From Candidatus Saccharimonadota bacterium (lineage in GTDB: Bacteria; Patescibacteriota; Saccharimonadia; Saccharimonadales; Saccharimonadaceae), in contig JAFUEB010000004.1 in NCBI GenBank assembly GCA_017464135.1, positions 207,049-271,048 of the forward strand: DNA of 64,000 bases. Reading direction: 5' to 3'. The position numbers were made by a program, and so were the translations under genes. Under the pieces are notes generated by a model. That model saw only the letters and a program-made list of their open reading frames with translations. It was not told the DNA's origin and ran no database searches. Shown piece after piece: positions 43,877 to 54,167 of this stretch (the first letter of the stretch is position 1; the number at the start of each line of letters is the position of its first letter).

Positions 43877-44302
43877 ATGAAGACTGACGAGAGAAGTGTT
43901 GTGGTGGAAATCACAGAAAACGGCAGGGCGAAACGCCTGGTCTATCCCATCGTGACCGATGATGGTGAGCTAATGACGCATCGTTTGCGTCGCCTTTTAT
44001 CCGGGAAACTCGGAGCCTCCGGCGGCGACGGTGTCAGACGCGAGATCCACTTTGTCGGCATGGTCTGGCGGAAACCCTACCCTCTTCTCCAGGAGATTCT
44101 GCAGGATCGCCTGGCACTCCAGAGGGAACTCATCGAGCTTGGCGATACAGGTAAGCTCGCCCGGGTTCCGCCCATTACTATCCCCGAGCGGGCCAGCAAT
44201 GGCAACATCACCACTCTGATGCAGAAGGAGATGAAGCTCCGGGACAACTTGAAGCGCCGCATTAAGCGGTTCAAGTATCCAGGCGTCAAAGTCTGGCCGT
44301 AA
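43877..44302 (+). CDS. Orphan basic hypothetical protein (stand-alone cassette, GC-richer)
   Basis: TGcTACAAT promoter, AGGGGG SD before ATG 43877, terminator 44328-44356. Confidence 0.6.
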   Translation: MKTDERSVVVEITENGRAKRLVYPIVTDDGELMTHRLRRLLSGKLGASGGDGVRREIHFVGMVWRKPYPLLQEILQDRLALQRELIELGDTGKLARVPPITIPERASNGNITTLMQKEMKLRDNLKRRIKRFKYPGVKVWP

Positions 44303-44397
44303 CTCTCTCGCACCGTCCTTGGACGGGAATCCCTCACGTATGTGGGGGATTTTTTTATTGTAAATTTAAAAAGTTTTGTGCTATAATCATAAGCAAG

Positions 44398-45987
44398 ATG
44401 GGCAAAATCGCGAGGTATTTGAATCAGCTTACTATTGGCAATACTTTTGATTCGCCAGAAATTTTGGAATTCTATTCAACCGACCGTTCGGTCCTTAGGA
44501 TTAAACCAAAGGCGGTCTCTCTACCAGAATCAACTGAGGATGTGCGCAAATTAATGCGTTTTGTGAATCAACTTTCCGCTAAAGGTATTAAGCTTCCAGT
44601 TACCGTTTGGGGTTCCGGACTCGATGAAACCGGTGCCGGGCTTTCGAATGGCCTCATTGTTTCGATGGAAAAGATGAATAAGCTACTTGAGTCTGACAAG
44701 CGCGAGAGACTAGTCCGCGTACAGGCCGGCATTACGCTCAAAGAATTAAATACTGCACTTTCAATTAACGGTCTTACACTTCCGATTGGCGGCCACGACA
44801 ATGATACAATTGGCAGTTTGATTTCGAACTGTCCGTCCGATGTTTATGCTGGTAAATATGGTAGCATTACACATTTTATTGAACGTATTGAAGTAGTTCT
44901 ACCGACTGGCGATGCAGTTCAGACTGATTATCTAAGCGCCAGAAGTGTAGAGAGAATCGCACAGGAAAAAACTTCCGAAGGCGCCATTTACAAGAAACTG
45001 AGTGCGCTTTATAAGAAGAACGAGAAGTTGATTGACGAGATTCGCAAGAACAAGAACGAAACCCGTGGCTATGCCAAAGTTGGTATGGCGCTCCGCAAAA
45101 AATCGTTCGATCTCATGCCATTATTCTTTGGCGCACAAGGCACGCTTGGCATTATCACAGAGGTAATTCTAAGGGCCGTGCCGATTGAATCTAAAACTGG
45201 TCGCGTAGTTGCAGTTTTCGAAAAATTTGAAACAACGCAGAAATTCATGGATGAATTGAAATCGATGCAACCGCTCGAGCTCAATTTCTATGATATCAAA
45301 GTAGCAAAAGCGGCAGAAGAAGCCGGTAAAAAGCTTGGTATTAACACCGGGAAATATGAAGAAGGTGGCTTTGTGGTGTTTGCGAAGTTTGATAAGCGCA
45401 TTAACGCCAGATTGAACAAAATCAGCGCTATGAAAAAAACATTGCCACGCAATGCTCAAGTGATTATTGAATCGACCAAAAACCTGAAGATGCTGGATGA
45501 ATTTGAAAATTCATTAACTAGCTATTTGAACCAAGTGAAAGCCGGTGAACGTGTACCGCTCGCAACCGATTTCTATTTGCCGTCTGCCAAGCTCGGTCAA
45601 TTCCTCGAAGATCTGAAAGTTCTTGAAAGGAGCTTGAAACTTGATCTCGCGCTTTATGGTTCATATTCGGCTGAGTGCTATAATCTTCGCCCGAGATTCG
45701 ATGTAGAAGATGCAAAATTCTTAAAGAATGCGGTCGCCTTTATCCGTGCAACCAACTTTATAATTAACCGCGAGGGTGGCTCGATTTCCGGTGGTGCGGC
45801 GGAAGGTCGCGTGAAAGCGCTTGTTTCGAATATGAACCTCTCGGAAGATGAGAAGAATCTTTATACCGCAATTAAAGACATTTTTGACCCGCAGGGAATT
45901 ATGAACCCAGGAGTGAAGCTCGGTGCCGATCCAAGATTTACGCTTACCCACTTCCGCACTACCGGTTCAGGCAAAACTGTGTTATAA
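44398..45987 (+). CDS. FAD-binding oxidoreductase (GlcD/D-lactate dehydrogenase-like)
   Basis: PESTEDV..L, WGSGLD, VRVQAG, GAQGTLGIITE, IKDIFDPQGIMNPG. Confidence 0.85.
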   Translation: MGKIARYLNQLTIGNTFDSPEILEFYSTDRSVLRIKPKAVSLPESTEDVRKLMRFVNQLSAKGIKLPVTVWGSGLDETGAGLSNGLIVSMEKMNKLLESDKRERLVRVQAGITLKELNTALSINGLTLPIGGHDNDTIGSLISNCPSDVYAGKYGSITHFIERIEVVLPTGDAVQTDYLSARSVERIAQEKTSEGAIYKKLSALYKKNEKLIDEIRKNKNETRGYAKVGMALRKKSFDLMPLFFGAQGTLGIITEVILRAVPIESKTGRVVAVFEKFETTQKFMDELKSMQPLELNFYDIKVAKAAEEAGKKLGINTGKYEEGGFVVFAKFDKRINARLNKISAMKKTLPRNAQVIIESTKNLKMLDEFENSLTSYLNQVKAGERVPLATDFYLPSAKLGQFLEDLKVLERSLKLDLALYGSYSAECYNLRPRFDVEDAKFLKNAVAFIRATNFIINREGGSISGGAAEGRVKALVSNMNLSEDEKNLYTAIKDIFDPQGIMNPGVKLGADPRFTLTHFRTTGSGKTVL

Positions 45988-46011
45988 TATACAAAATTAT
46001 TAGGAGATAAC

Positions 46012-47292
46012 ATGAAAACAAAGCTGAAGAAGCTCGATGGTTCGCGCGTTGAGTTAACTGCGACTCTTGACGCTGCCGATTTAAAGAAAGCTGAAGACCT
46101 TGCGGTCGAGGAACTCGCTAAAGAAGTTCGCGTTGAAGGTTTCAGAAAAGGCAAAGTTCCGATGGAGGTCGCGAAGAAGTTCATTCCAGAGAATGATTTG
46201 GATGCCAAGACGATGGATCTTTCGGTCCGCATGACCGTAGTATCCGCCTTTGAGCAAGAGAAGCAAATGCCACTCCTTCGCCCAGAAATTAGCATCACGA
46301 AATTCGTCCCAGGCGAAATGCTAGAGTATGTCGCAACCGTGGAAGTTGTGCCAGAAGTGACGCTCGGCGATTGGAAGAATCTCGGCGTGAAGCGCGAGAC
46401 GGCTAAAATCGAAGAAAAAGACATCAAGGGCGTACTTGACAATATCGCTAAATCATTTTCTGAAAAGAAAGCCATCAAGCGTGCCGCTAAGCTCGGTGAC
46501 GAAGTAATTATTGATTTCGTTGGTAAGAAAGACGGCGTCGCTTTTCCAGGCGGTTCCGCTGATAATTATCCGTTACTTCTCGGTTCTGGCAACTTTATTC
46601 CAGGCTTTGAGGATGGCATCGTTGGCCACGAACCAGGCGATAAATTCGATCTCGAGCTCACTTTCCCGAAGGATTACGGTGTAGAGGACCTCGCTGGTGT
46701 TAAAACCGTTTTTGGCGTGCTCTTAAAGCAAGTTAATGAGGTAACGGTGCCAAAAATCGACGATGAACTCGCCAAAAAAGTTGGCCCATTTAAAGATTTG
46801 AAGGCTCTAAAAGAAGACATCAAGAAGAATCTCGCCATCCAAACTGAAGAGAGACTCGATGGCAAATTTAAAGATGACCTCATAAAAGCCCTTGTAAAAA
46901 AGTCCAAGATTGGCACAATTCCAGACATTTTGATTAATGACCAGATGCATGGCATCCGCGACAATTTGGAGCGCAACGCTAAGACGCAAGGCCTCAGCGC
47001 TGAAGAATACTTGAAGCGTGGTGGCGAAACAATGGAATCTTGGGAAAAGCAAGCTAAAAAAGTCGCTGAAGAGAATGTGAAAGCTTCGCTTTGCCTACAG
47101 AACCTCGCCTTGGCCGAAAAAGTCACCGTGGACGACAAACTCGTCGAAGCCAAAATCGCCGAGCTTAGGGATGTTTATCGTAAATCTCCTGATGCATTAA
47201 AGAATCTTAAGGATCCAGCCGTAAAGCAGGACATTAAAAACCGCCTAATTATTGAAGCGACGGTCGAAAAACTCGCCAAAGCGAACAAATAA
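46012..47292 (+). CDS. tig: Trigger factor
   Basis: GFRKGKVP ribosome-binding motif, FKBP domain IDFVG..FIPGFEDGI..TFPKDY. Confidence 0.96.
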   Translation: MKTKLKKLDGSRVELTATLDAADLKKAEDLAVEELAKEVRVEGFRKGKVPMEVAKKFIPENDLDAKTMDLSVRMTVVSAFEQEKQMPLLRPEISITKFVPGEMLEYVATVEVVPEVTLGDWKNLGVKRETAKIEEKDIKGVLDNIAKSFSEKKAIKRAAKLGDEVIIDFVGKKDGVAFPGGSADNYPLLLGSGNFIPGFEDGIVGHEPGDKFDLELTFPKDYGVEDLAGVKTVFGVLLKQVNEVTVPKIDDELAKKVGPFKDLKALKEDIKKNLAIQTEERLDGKFKDDLIKALVKKSKIGTIPDILINDQMHGIRDNLERNAKTQGLSAEEYLKRGGETMESWEKQAKKVAEENVKASLCLQNLALAEKVTVDDKLVEAKIAELRDVYRKSPDALKNLKDPAVKQDIKNRLIIEATVEKLAKANK

Positions 47293-47414
47293 CCAAAATT
47301 GGTTTCAACGGGGGTGATTATTGACTTTTTGTGTAATCTATGCTATAATAGACTTATGTGGGTTGTACCTTAAGTTTTAGTCCACAAAAATCTATTTTTA
47401 GGGGGAAAAATGGT

Positions 47415-47819
47415 ATGGATAGTGCAAAAGTTTATTCATTCAATCCGAGCATGACTGAATTCAAAGGCACCTACGCCTCAGATGCAAGTCTGGAGAAGAT
47501 TCTATCTAAATTGGACGCGTTCGCCTCCGAGGATTTCGAGTACTTTCGTGACTTGGCCGAGGAAGAGGAACTGGGAATGTGCGAGACCGACTCAATTGTT
47601 AGGTGCTTCGGCAACGACAATCGTTGGTATTACATCCACGCGCAGATTGACGACAATCAAGATGTCGCATTTGCAATCTACGATGAAGACGGCGTCGACA
47701 TTATTGTCTTCGTGCTTTCCAGAATGGCGGAAGATTTGAAAAAACTCGAAATTTTCGACGACATCGTCGAGGTTGAGCAGATTCTAAATCTCCTAATAGA
47801 GCCTTCTTGGATTGACTAA
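47415..47819 (+). CDS. Orphan acidic hypothetical protein (stand-alone cassette)
   Basis: TTGACT-17-TATAAT, AGGGGG SD, terminator ATCGCCCC/GGGGCGAT. Confidence 0.7.
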   Translation: MDSAKVYSFNPSMTEFKGTYASDASLEKILSKLDAFASEDFEYFRDLAEEEELGMCETDSIVRCFGNDNRWYYIHAQIDDNQDVAFAIYDEDGVDIIVFVLSRMAEDLKKLEIFDDIVEVEQILNLLIEPSWID

Positions 47820-47977
47820 AACTAAGATCGCCCCAACCGGGGCGATTTTTCCTTTTCTTATAGACTTTTTAAAACAGATATGGTATAATCACTTAAAGAG
47901 TTTCATCTCGTTTACTATTGCTGTACTTGTAAACGGGGCAAAATATAATATTAATCTATAATCATAGGATAATTTTA

Positions 47978-48391
47978 ATGCCAACTATTAATCAGTTGAT
48001 TCGCAAGCCTCGCAAGAAAAATGCGAAGAAATCGAAATCTCCAGCACTTGGTTCAATTATCAATACTCTTAAAACTAAGCGCTATGAGAAAGCTGCGCCA
48101 CTTAAGCGTGGTGTTTGTATCAAAGTTACTACCAAGACTCCAAAGAAACCAAACTCAGCTATGCGTAAAGTTGCTCGTGTGCGCCTTACCAATGGCCAGG
48201 AAGTTTGGGCATACATTGGTGGTGAAGGTCACAATCTCCAGGAGCACGCTGTGGTGCTCGTTCGTGGTGGTCGTGTGCCAGATCTTCCAGGTGTGCGTTA
48301 TCACATTGTCCGTGGTACGCTTGATCTTCAAGGCGTTAATGGTCGCAAGCAAGGCCGTTCGAAATACGGTGCCAAGAAGGAGGGTAAGTAA
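47978..48391 (+). CDS. rpsL: 30S ribosomal protein S12
   Basis: [33 protein letters not shown]. Confidence 0.98.
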   Translation: MPTINQLIRKPRKKNAKKSKSPALGSIINTLKTKRYEKAAPLKRGVCIKVTTKTPKKPNSAMRKVARVRLTNGQEVWAYIGGEGHNLQEHAVVLVRGGRVPDLPGVRYHIVRGTLDLQGVNGRKQGRSKYGAKKEGK

Positions 48392-48393
48392 TT

Positions 48394-48870
48394 ATGCCAC
48401 GTAAAACTACCAAATCTTTGGAGCGCAAAGTTTCTCCAGATCGTAAGTATCAATCCATCATGGTGCAAAGACTCATCAACAAGTCGATGCTTGATGGTAA
48501 AAAGCAAGTTGCTGAACGTGCAGTCTACTCTGCAATCGAAGGCGCTGCTAAAAAACTCAAATCTGAGAATCCAGTAGAAGTACTTGAAAAAGCCATTGCA
48601 AACGTTTCACCGGACTTTGAAGTTAAATCCCGCCGTGTCGGTGGTGCTAACTACCAAATTCCATTCCCAATTGCTGGCCACCGCCAAATGCATTTCGCAT
48701 TTACTTGGTTAGTACAAGCTGCACGCGCACGCTCTGGTATGCCATATGCAAAGCGTCTTGAAGCTGAAATCGTTGATGCATACAACGAGACCGGCGCTGC
48801 CTTCAAGAAGAAGGAAGATTGTCACCGCATGGCAGAAGCAAACCGCGCATTTGCACACTTTGCTCGTTAA
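48394..48870 (+). CDS. rpsG: 30S ribosomal protein S7
   Basis: DGKK, EVKSRRVGGANYQIP, HRMAEANRAFAH. Confidence 0.98.
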   Translation: MPRKTTKSLERKVSPDRKYQSIMVQRLINKSMLDGKKQVAERAVYSAIEGAAKKLKSENPVEVLEKAIANVSPDFEVKSRRVGGANYQIPFPIAGHRQMHFAFTWLVQAARARSGMPYAKRLEAEIVDAYNETGAAFKKKEDCHRMAEANRAFAHFAR

Positions 48871-48995
48871 TAAAAATAACAAAAAGTGCCTTTTCGGAGA
48901 CGCTTGGTCCAGCCCGTCGTTACGGGTGGACCGGCGCTCACTCGCTCCCCGTTGGTCGCGAAAGCTCCTTAAAGGCACTTTTTTGTTGTTTATTA
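48868..48995. repeat. Palindromic element copy 2 (intergenic, after rpsG)
   Basis: ~31-bp imperfect inverted arms (TAATAAAAATAACAAAAAGTGCCTTT..GGAG / CTCC..AAAGGCACTTTTTTGTTGTTTATTA) around a 65-nt core related to the obgE copy. Confidence 0.8.
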
Positions 48996-49038
48996 GCGAG
49001 TAACATGGTACAATAAGCGTAAGTATATAGGAGGTATA

Positions 49039-50043
49039 ATGGTAAAAGTAGCAATTAATGGTTTTGGTAGAATTGGTCGGAATGCGTTCAAGATTTTGCA
49101 AGGACGGAAAGATGCTGAGGTGGTAGCAATTAACGACATTACTGATGCCGCAACCTTAGCTCACCTTCTTAAATATGATTCGTCTTACGGAACTTATGAC
49201 CAAGAAGTATCTTCCAACGAACATGCAATTATTGTCGACGGCAAAGAAATCCCGGTTTATGCCGAAAAAGATCCACACAATTTACCGTGGGCAAATCTCG
49301 GCGTGGATGTTGTGATTGAATCAACTGGTTTCTTCACAAAGCCAGAAGATGCCAAGGCACACATTGATGCCGGTGCGAAGCGCGTGGTAATTTCGGCGCC
49401 AGCCAAGGGCGAAGGTGCTAAGACCATCGTGCTCGGTGTGAACGAAGAAGCCGTCACGCCAGATGATTTAATCCTTTCGAATGCATCTTGTACGACTAAC
49501 TGTATCGCGCCAATCATGAAGGTACTTGAAGACGAATTTGGTATCGAGAAAGCGATGATGACCACCGTGCACTCCTACACTGGTTCACAGCGCATTCTTG
49601 ATGCTCCAGCTAAGGATCTTCGCGAAGCACGTTCTGCAGCGGAGAACATCGTGCCAACCACAACCGGTGCATCAAAGGCGGCCGCACTTACGATTCCGAG
49701 TCTGCAAGGTAAATTCAATGGGCTTTCTGTCCGAGTCCCGACTCCAGTAGTTTCACTTTCGGATATTACTGCTGTAATTAAGCGCAACACAACCAAAGAA
49801 GAGCTTGTCGCCTTCTTCAAGAAGGTTGCCGACGAACAATATTACCAAGGTATCATTGGTGTGACCGAAGAAGAACTCGTTTCATCCGATTTTATCGGTG
49901 ATCCACGTTCCTGTATCGTTGATTTACCACTCATTGATGTGGTTGGTGGCAATATGATTAAGGTCGTCGCATGGTACGACAACGAGTGGGGCTATTCAAA
50001 TCGTCTCGTTGAGCTCACAGTTGATTTCGGTGGGGAGAATTAA
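49039..50043 (+). CDS. gap: Glyceraldehyde-3-phosphate dehydrogenase
   Basis: INGFGRIGR, SNASCTTNC, WYDNEWGYS. Confidence 0.98.
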   Translation: MVKVAINGFGRIGRNAFKILQGRKDAEVVAINDITDAATLAHLLKYDSSYGTYDQEVSSNEHAIIVDGKEIPVYAEKDPHNLPWANLGVDVVIESTGFFTKPEDAKAHIDAGAKRVVISAPAKGEGAKTIVLGVNEEAVTPDDLILSNASCTTNCIAPIMKVLEDEFGIEKAMMTTVHSYTGSQRILDAPAKDLREARSAAENIVPTTTGASKAAALTIPSLQGKFNGLSVRVPTPVVSLSDITAVIKRNTTKEELVAFFKKVADEQYYQGIIGVTEEELVSSDFIGDPRSCIVDLPLIDVVGGNMIKVVAWYDNEWGYSNRLVELTVDFGGEN

Positions 50044-50495
50044 TGGACGTCTACATCGGAGCAGACTATCGAGGATTCGAAAAGAAAAACCACTTGACCC
50101 AGTTTTTGAAGGCTAATGGTTTTAATGCTATCGATAAAGGTGCCTACGAATATAACGAAGGCGACGATTTTAACGATCCGGCCGTAGCAGTGGCAAAGGA
50201 AGTTCGTGAAAACCTTGGTTCATTCGGAATTCTGATTTGCGACTCGGCACACGGTGTCACGGCGCAGGCAAATCGTTTCAAAGGTATTCGCGCCGCGCAT
50301 TGTCACTGCACAGAATCGGCCCAGCTTGCTCGCGAACACGACGATGCAAACGTACTATGCTTATCCGCACATTTTATGACGAATGATGAAGAAATGGAAA
50401 ATATCGTAAGAACTTTCTTACAAACTAATTTTGAAAGTTTTGAACGGCGGGTCCGCCGCATTAATCGTTTAGACGAAAGGGAAGATTATGATTAG
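50043..50495 (+). CDS. rpiB: Ribose-5-phosphate isomerase B family
   Basis: GADYRG, GILICDS, ANRFKGIRAA, REHDDANVL. Confidence 0.88.
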   Translation: MDVYIGADYRGFEKKNHLTQFLKANGFNAIDKGAYEYNEGDDFNDPAVAVAKEVRENLGSFGILICDSAHGVTAQANRFKGIRAAHCHCTESAQLAREHDDANVLCLSAHFMTNDEEMENIVRTFLQTNFESFERRVRRINRLDEREDYD

Positions 50496-51144
50496 GGAAG
50501 TAACGATTATCCCGACAATTTTAGTCGACAATAAAAAAGACTTTCGCGACCAAGCCGAACGTATCAACGTCTTCACTCGTCGCGTCCAAATTGATTTAAC
50601 TGACGGTGTTTTTGCGCCAACAGCAACGCTCGATATTACCAATATTTGGTGGCCAAAGAACTGGATTACCGACCTCCACATGATGGTTTCAAAGCCTTCC
50701 GAATACATGGATACAATCGCGAAACTGACGCCGTCGATGGTAATTTTTCATGCCGAAGCGAGCGAGAATTTGTTACCGATTTTTGAGCAATTAAAGTCGA
50801 TGGATATTCATTGTGGCGTGGCGCTGTTACCATCTACTTACCCAGGCGCCGTGCAACAATACATTGAAGCGGCCGACCATTGTTTGGTCTTTGCGGGGCA
50901 ACTCGGCGTACAAGGCTCGCCGGCGGATCTCATGCAAATGGAGAAGATTCAATTAATCCGCAACATCAAACCAGAAATTGAAATTGGTTGGGATGGCGGT
51001 GCAAACATTTCGAATATTCGTGCACTTGCACACTGCGATCTCGACGTGATTAACGTTGGTTCGGCGATTTCGCAGGCGGAAAACCCGGCCGACATGTTTA
51101 ATCAACTCGTTGCCGAAATCGATAAGAGTGGGGTGGTGCTCTAA
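50488..51144 (+). CDS. rpe: Ribulose-phosphate 3-epimerase family
   Basis: QIDLTDGVF, DLHMMV, IFHAE, WDGG, VGSAI. Confidence 0.85.
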   Translation: MIREVTIIPTILVDNKKDFRDQAERINVFTRRVQIDLTDGVFAPTATLDITNIWWPKNWITDLHMMVSKPSEYMDTIAKLTPSMVIFHAEASENLLPIFEQLKSMDIHCGVALLPSTYPGAVQQYIEAADHCLVFAGQLGVQGSPADLMQMEKIQLIRNIKPEIEIGWDGGANISNIRALAHCDLDVINVGSAISQAENPADMFNQLVAEIDKSGVVL

Positions 51145-52115
51145 TGGCGCGGATTGTTTCGCTAGGCTCAGCCTTACAAGACATTTATCTCATCGATCAC
51201 GATGATTTGGCACCAACCACTATTGGTAGCGATGCGATTTTTGGCAATGTCTTAGTTGGCTCAAAGGTCGATATTGACTCACTTAGCTACGAAGTTGGTG
51301 GTGGTGGCATTAATTCCGCGATTTCATTTTCACGCCATGGCCACGAAGCGATTTTTATTGGTAATATCGCCCATGATTCGGCTGGTGAAGCGATTCTACG
51401 CGTGCTCGATCGTGAAGAAATCGACAACTCCTATGTGAATTTTGTGACCAGGAAATCGACCGGCACATCCGTGATTTTACTCGATTCAAAGGGTGGTGAA
51501 CGCACGATTCTGACTTATCGCGGCGCGAGTGAAACCTTTGACAATTTCAATGAAAAAGATTTGGAACTGATTCAACCGGATTGGCTCTATGTCACGACAC
51601 TGCGCGGTGACATGGATACGCTCCTTCGTTTCTTTGTGAAAGCGAAAGAACTCGGTGCCAAAATCATGTTTAACCCGGGTGTTAAAGAGCTCGCGCAAAA
51701 AGAGAAACTAATTGGTCTACTTGAAGATGTCGATATTTTGCTCGTCAATAAGTCTGAAGCATCAAAGATTGTGCCAGGCGTGCTATTAACTGAATTAATG
51801 TATCATTTAAATCAATATGTCCCAACCGTAATCATTACGGACGGCCCGATGGGCGGCATTGCCGGCAAAAAAGATACCGGTGAGATTTATCGCTTTGGTA
51901 TTTATGAAGATTCCAGAATTAAAGACGCTACGGGGGCTGGCGATGCATTTGGCTCAGGTTTTCTCGCCCACTATATCTCCGGTCATTCGTTTAGACAATC
52001 GCTGATTTTCGCTTCGGCAAATTCCACGTCCGTGGTCCGAAAAATCGGAGCAAACCGTGGTATACTGACAGGAAAAGAAGAATTGCATCCGATGCCGATT
52101 CAAAAATTACAATAA
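51144..52115 (+). CDS. PfkB family carbohydrate kinase
   Basis: GGGGINSA, GERTI, NKSEA, DATGAGDAFGSG. Confidence 0.9.
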   Translation: MARIVSLGSALQDIYLIDHDDLAPTTIGSDAIFGNVLVGSKVDIDSLSYEVGGGGINSAISFSRHGHEAIFIGNIAHDSAGEAILRVLDREEIDNSYVNFVTRKSTGTSVILLDSKGGERTILTYRGASETFDNFNEKDLELIQPDWLYVTTLRGDMDTLLRFFVKAKELGAKIMFNPGVKELAQKEKLIGLLEDVDILLVNKSEASKIVPGVLLTELMYHLNQYVPTVIITDGPMGGIAGKKDTGEIYRFGIYEDSRIKDATGAGDAFGSGFLAHYISGHSFRQSLIFASANSTSVVRKIGANRGILTGKEELHPMPIQKLQ

Positions 52116-52124
52116 GGAAAAAAT

Positions 52125-52832
52125 ATGTTACCGACTGAAGAAGAAATACTGAAAAAACTATCAATTGCTGACCTTGAGCGGGCTAATGCTTACGCTAAGG
52201 ATTTGACGATGGGGCTCCAAATCGTGCGATCATTCCCACAGGGCGTGACGATTTTTGGTTCCGCGAGACTCCCGCAGGACAATAAGTATTGCAAAATGGC
52301 CTATGAACTCGGTGGACTACTAGCTAAGAACGGTCACGCCGTCGTAACTGGTGGTGGTCCTGGCATTATGGAAGCGGCTTCACACGGCGCTTATGAAATT
52401 GGTGGCCGAACGGTTGGTTTAAATATTACTTTGAAGCACGAACAATTCCCAAATCCATATCTCACCGATTGTATTACTTTTGAATATTTCTTTGCTCGCA
52501 AAGTGTCGCTCGCCATGGCTTCGAAAGTATTCGTTTTCTTCCCAGGTGGTTTCGGCACGATGGATGAAATCTCCGAAATTTTGTGCTTGATGCAGGAATC
52601 AAAAATGCCAAAAATGCCGGTGTTCTTAATCGGTAAATCCTACTGGAAAACGTTTGATCGCATCATAAAACAAATGATCACGATGGGGCTCATTAATGCA
52701 AAGGATCCTAAAATCTTTAAGATCACGGATGATGTCAAAGAAGTGGTGAAGGCCGCCAACAAAATCGGCCATCCAAAAGTTTCCGAAAATTATTATGATG
52801 GTTTTCGTGAAGCAAATAGTACGAGTTTATAA
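52125..52832 (+). CDS. LOG family (TIGR00730-type) Rossmann-fold protein
   Basis: [30 protein letters not shown]. Confidence 0.9.
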   Translation: MLPTEEEILKKLSIADLERANAYAKDLTMGLQIVRSFPQGVTIFGSARLPQDNKYCKMAYELGGLLAKNGHAVVTGGGPGIMEAASHGAYEIGGRTVGLNITLKHEQFPNPYLTDCITFEYFFARKVSLAMASKVFVFFPGGFGTMDEISEILCLMQESKMPKMPVFLIGKSYWKTFDRIIKQMITMGLINAKDPKIFKITDDVKEVVKAANKIGHPKVSENYYDGFREANSTSL

Positions 52833-54095
52833 ACCAAGTTTGGAATTAGTATCGGCGATACGAATCAATTCGTTGTATTTCGCGATACGTTCACTACGGG
52901 AGAGGGAACCAGTCTTGATTTGGCCGGTGCCAAGACCAACAGCGAGGTGCGCGATTGAAACATCTTCAGTTTCACCGGAACGGTGTGACATTACGGTCTT
53001 GTAGCCGGCTTTTTTCGCCATTAAAACAGCGTCAATCGTTTCAGAAAGCGTGCCGATTTGGTTTGGCTTAATCAGAATTGCATTTGCAACGCCTTCTTTG
53101 ATGCCACGGGCGAGAAGCTCAGTATTCGTCACAAACAAATCGTCACCGACGAGTTGGATACGATCGCCCATACGCTCGGTCATGATTTTCCAGTTGACCC
53201 AGTCGTCTTCGGCAAGACCGTCTTCAATCGAAATCACTGGATAATTGTTAATAATCCAGTCGTACCAGTTAATCATATCTTCGGCAGTCTTCCAGTCACC
53301 GTTAGTCTTCAAAACATAATGGTCTTTATCGTAGAATTCGCTAGCGGCGATATCCATGGCAATCGCAATATCATCGCCGAATTTATAGCCAGCCTTCTCG
53401 ACGGCGAGTTTGATACATTCGAGTGGCTCATTATTGCCGTCTCTAACTTTTGGTGCATACCCACCTTCGTCACCAACAGTGGTTGGATAGCCACGATCTT
53501 TTAATACATTCTTAAGCGCATGGAAAACTTCGGCACCCATGCGAACCGCATCGGCAATATTGCCGGCGCCACGTGGGATAATCATGTATTCTTGGAAATC
53601 CGTGGCCCAGGAAGCATGCTCGCCACCGTTCATTACGTTCATCATTGGCATTGGAATCGACATTTCATCTTCAGTATCAGCAAGGTAAGCAATGTATTTA
53701 TAAAATGGCACTTTGTTGGCACGGGCATTGGCTTTCGCGGTCGCAAGGGAAACGGCGAGAATCGCATTGGCGCCGAGATCAGATTTATTCTTAGTACCAT
53801 CAAGTTCTAGCATCATTTCATCAACGGTGCGTGGGTCAGAAGTATTGCCAACAAGTACGTCTTTAATCTTGGAATTTACATTCCAGACGGCTTTTAGGAC
53901 ACCTTTACCGCCGTAGCGGGATTTATCATCATCACGAAGTTCTAAAGCCTCGCCGGAACCGGTCGAAGCGCCGGATGGCACAATGGCGCGCCCATAACCA
54001 CCATTTTCGAGAAAAACTTCCGCTTCTACGGTTGGGTTACCACGTGAATCTAAAACTTGTCTTGCTTTAATATTAGAAATTGTCGAATTATCCAT
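52827..54095 (-). CDS. eno: Enolase
   Basis: [37 protein letters not shown]; start 54095. Confidence 0.98.
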   Translation of the reverse strand: MDNSTISNIKARQVLDSRGNPTVEAEVFLENGGYGRAIVPSGASTGSGEALELRDDDKSRYGGKGVLKAVWNVNSKIKDVLVGNTSDPRTVDEMMLELDGTKNKSDLGANAILAVSLATAKANARANKVPFYKYIAYLADTEDEMSIPMPMMNVMNGGEHASWATDFQEYMIIPRGAGNIADAVRMGAEVFHALKNVLKDRGYPTTVGDEGGYAPKVRDGNNEPLECIKLAVEKAGYKFGDDIAIAMDIAASEFYDKDHYVLKTNGDWKTAEDMINWYDWIINNYPVISIEDGLAEDDWVNWKIMTERMGDRIQLVGDDLFVTNTELLARGIKEGVANAILIKPNQIGTLSETIDAVLMAKKAGYKTVMSHRSGETEDVSIAHLAVGLGTGQIKTGSLSRSERIAKYNELIRIADTNSKLGL

Positions 54096-54167
54096 AAAAA
54101 TATTATATACCAATTATTTAACTTATGTTAAAATAAATATAAGTATTAAAAGTAAGGAGTTTTTTAT

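Noticed and set aside
45861-46478. Long antisense ORFs (also 22140-22895, 8163-8705, 54164-54631 and others)
   Set aside because: Shadows of well-supported genes on the opposite strand; no motifs or start signals.
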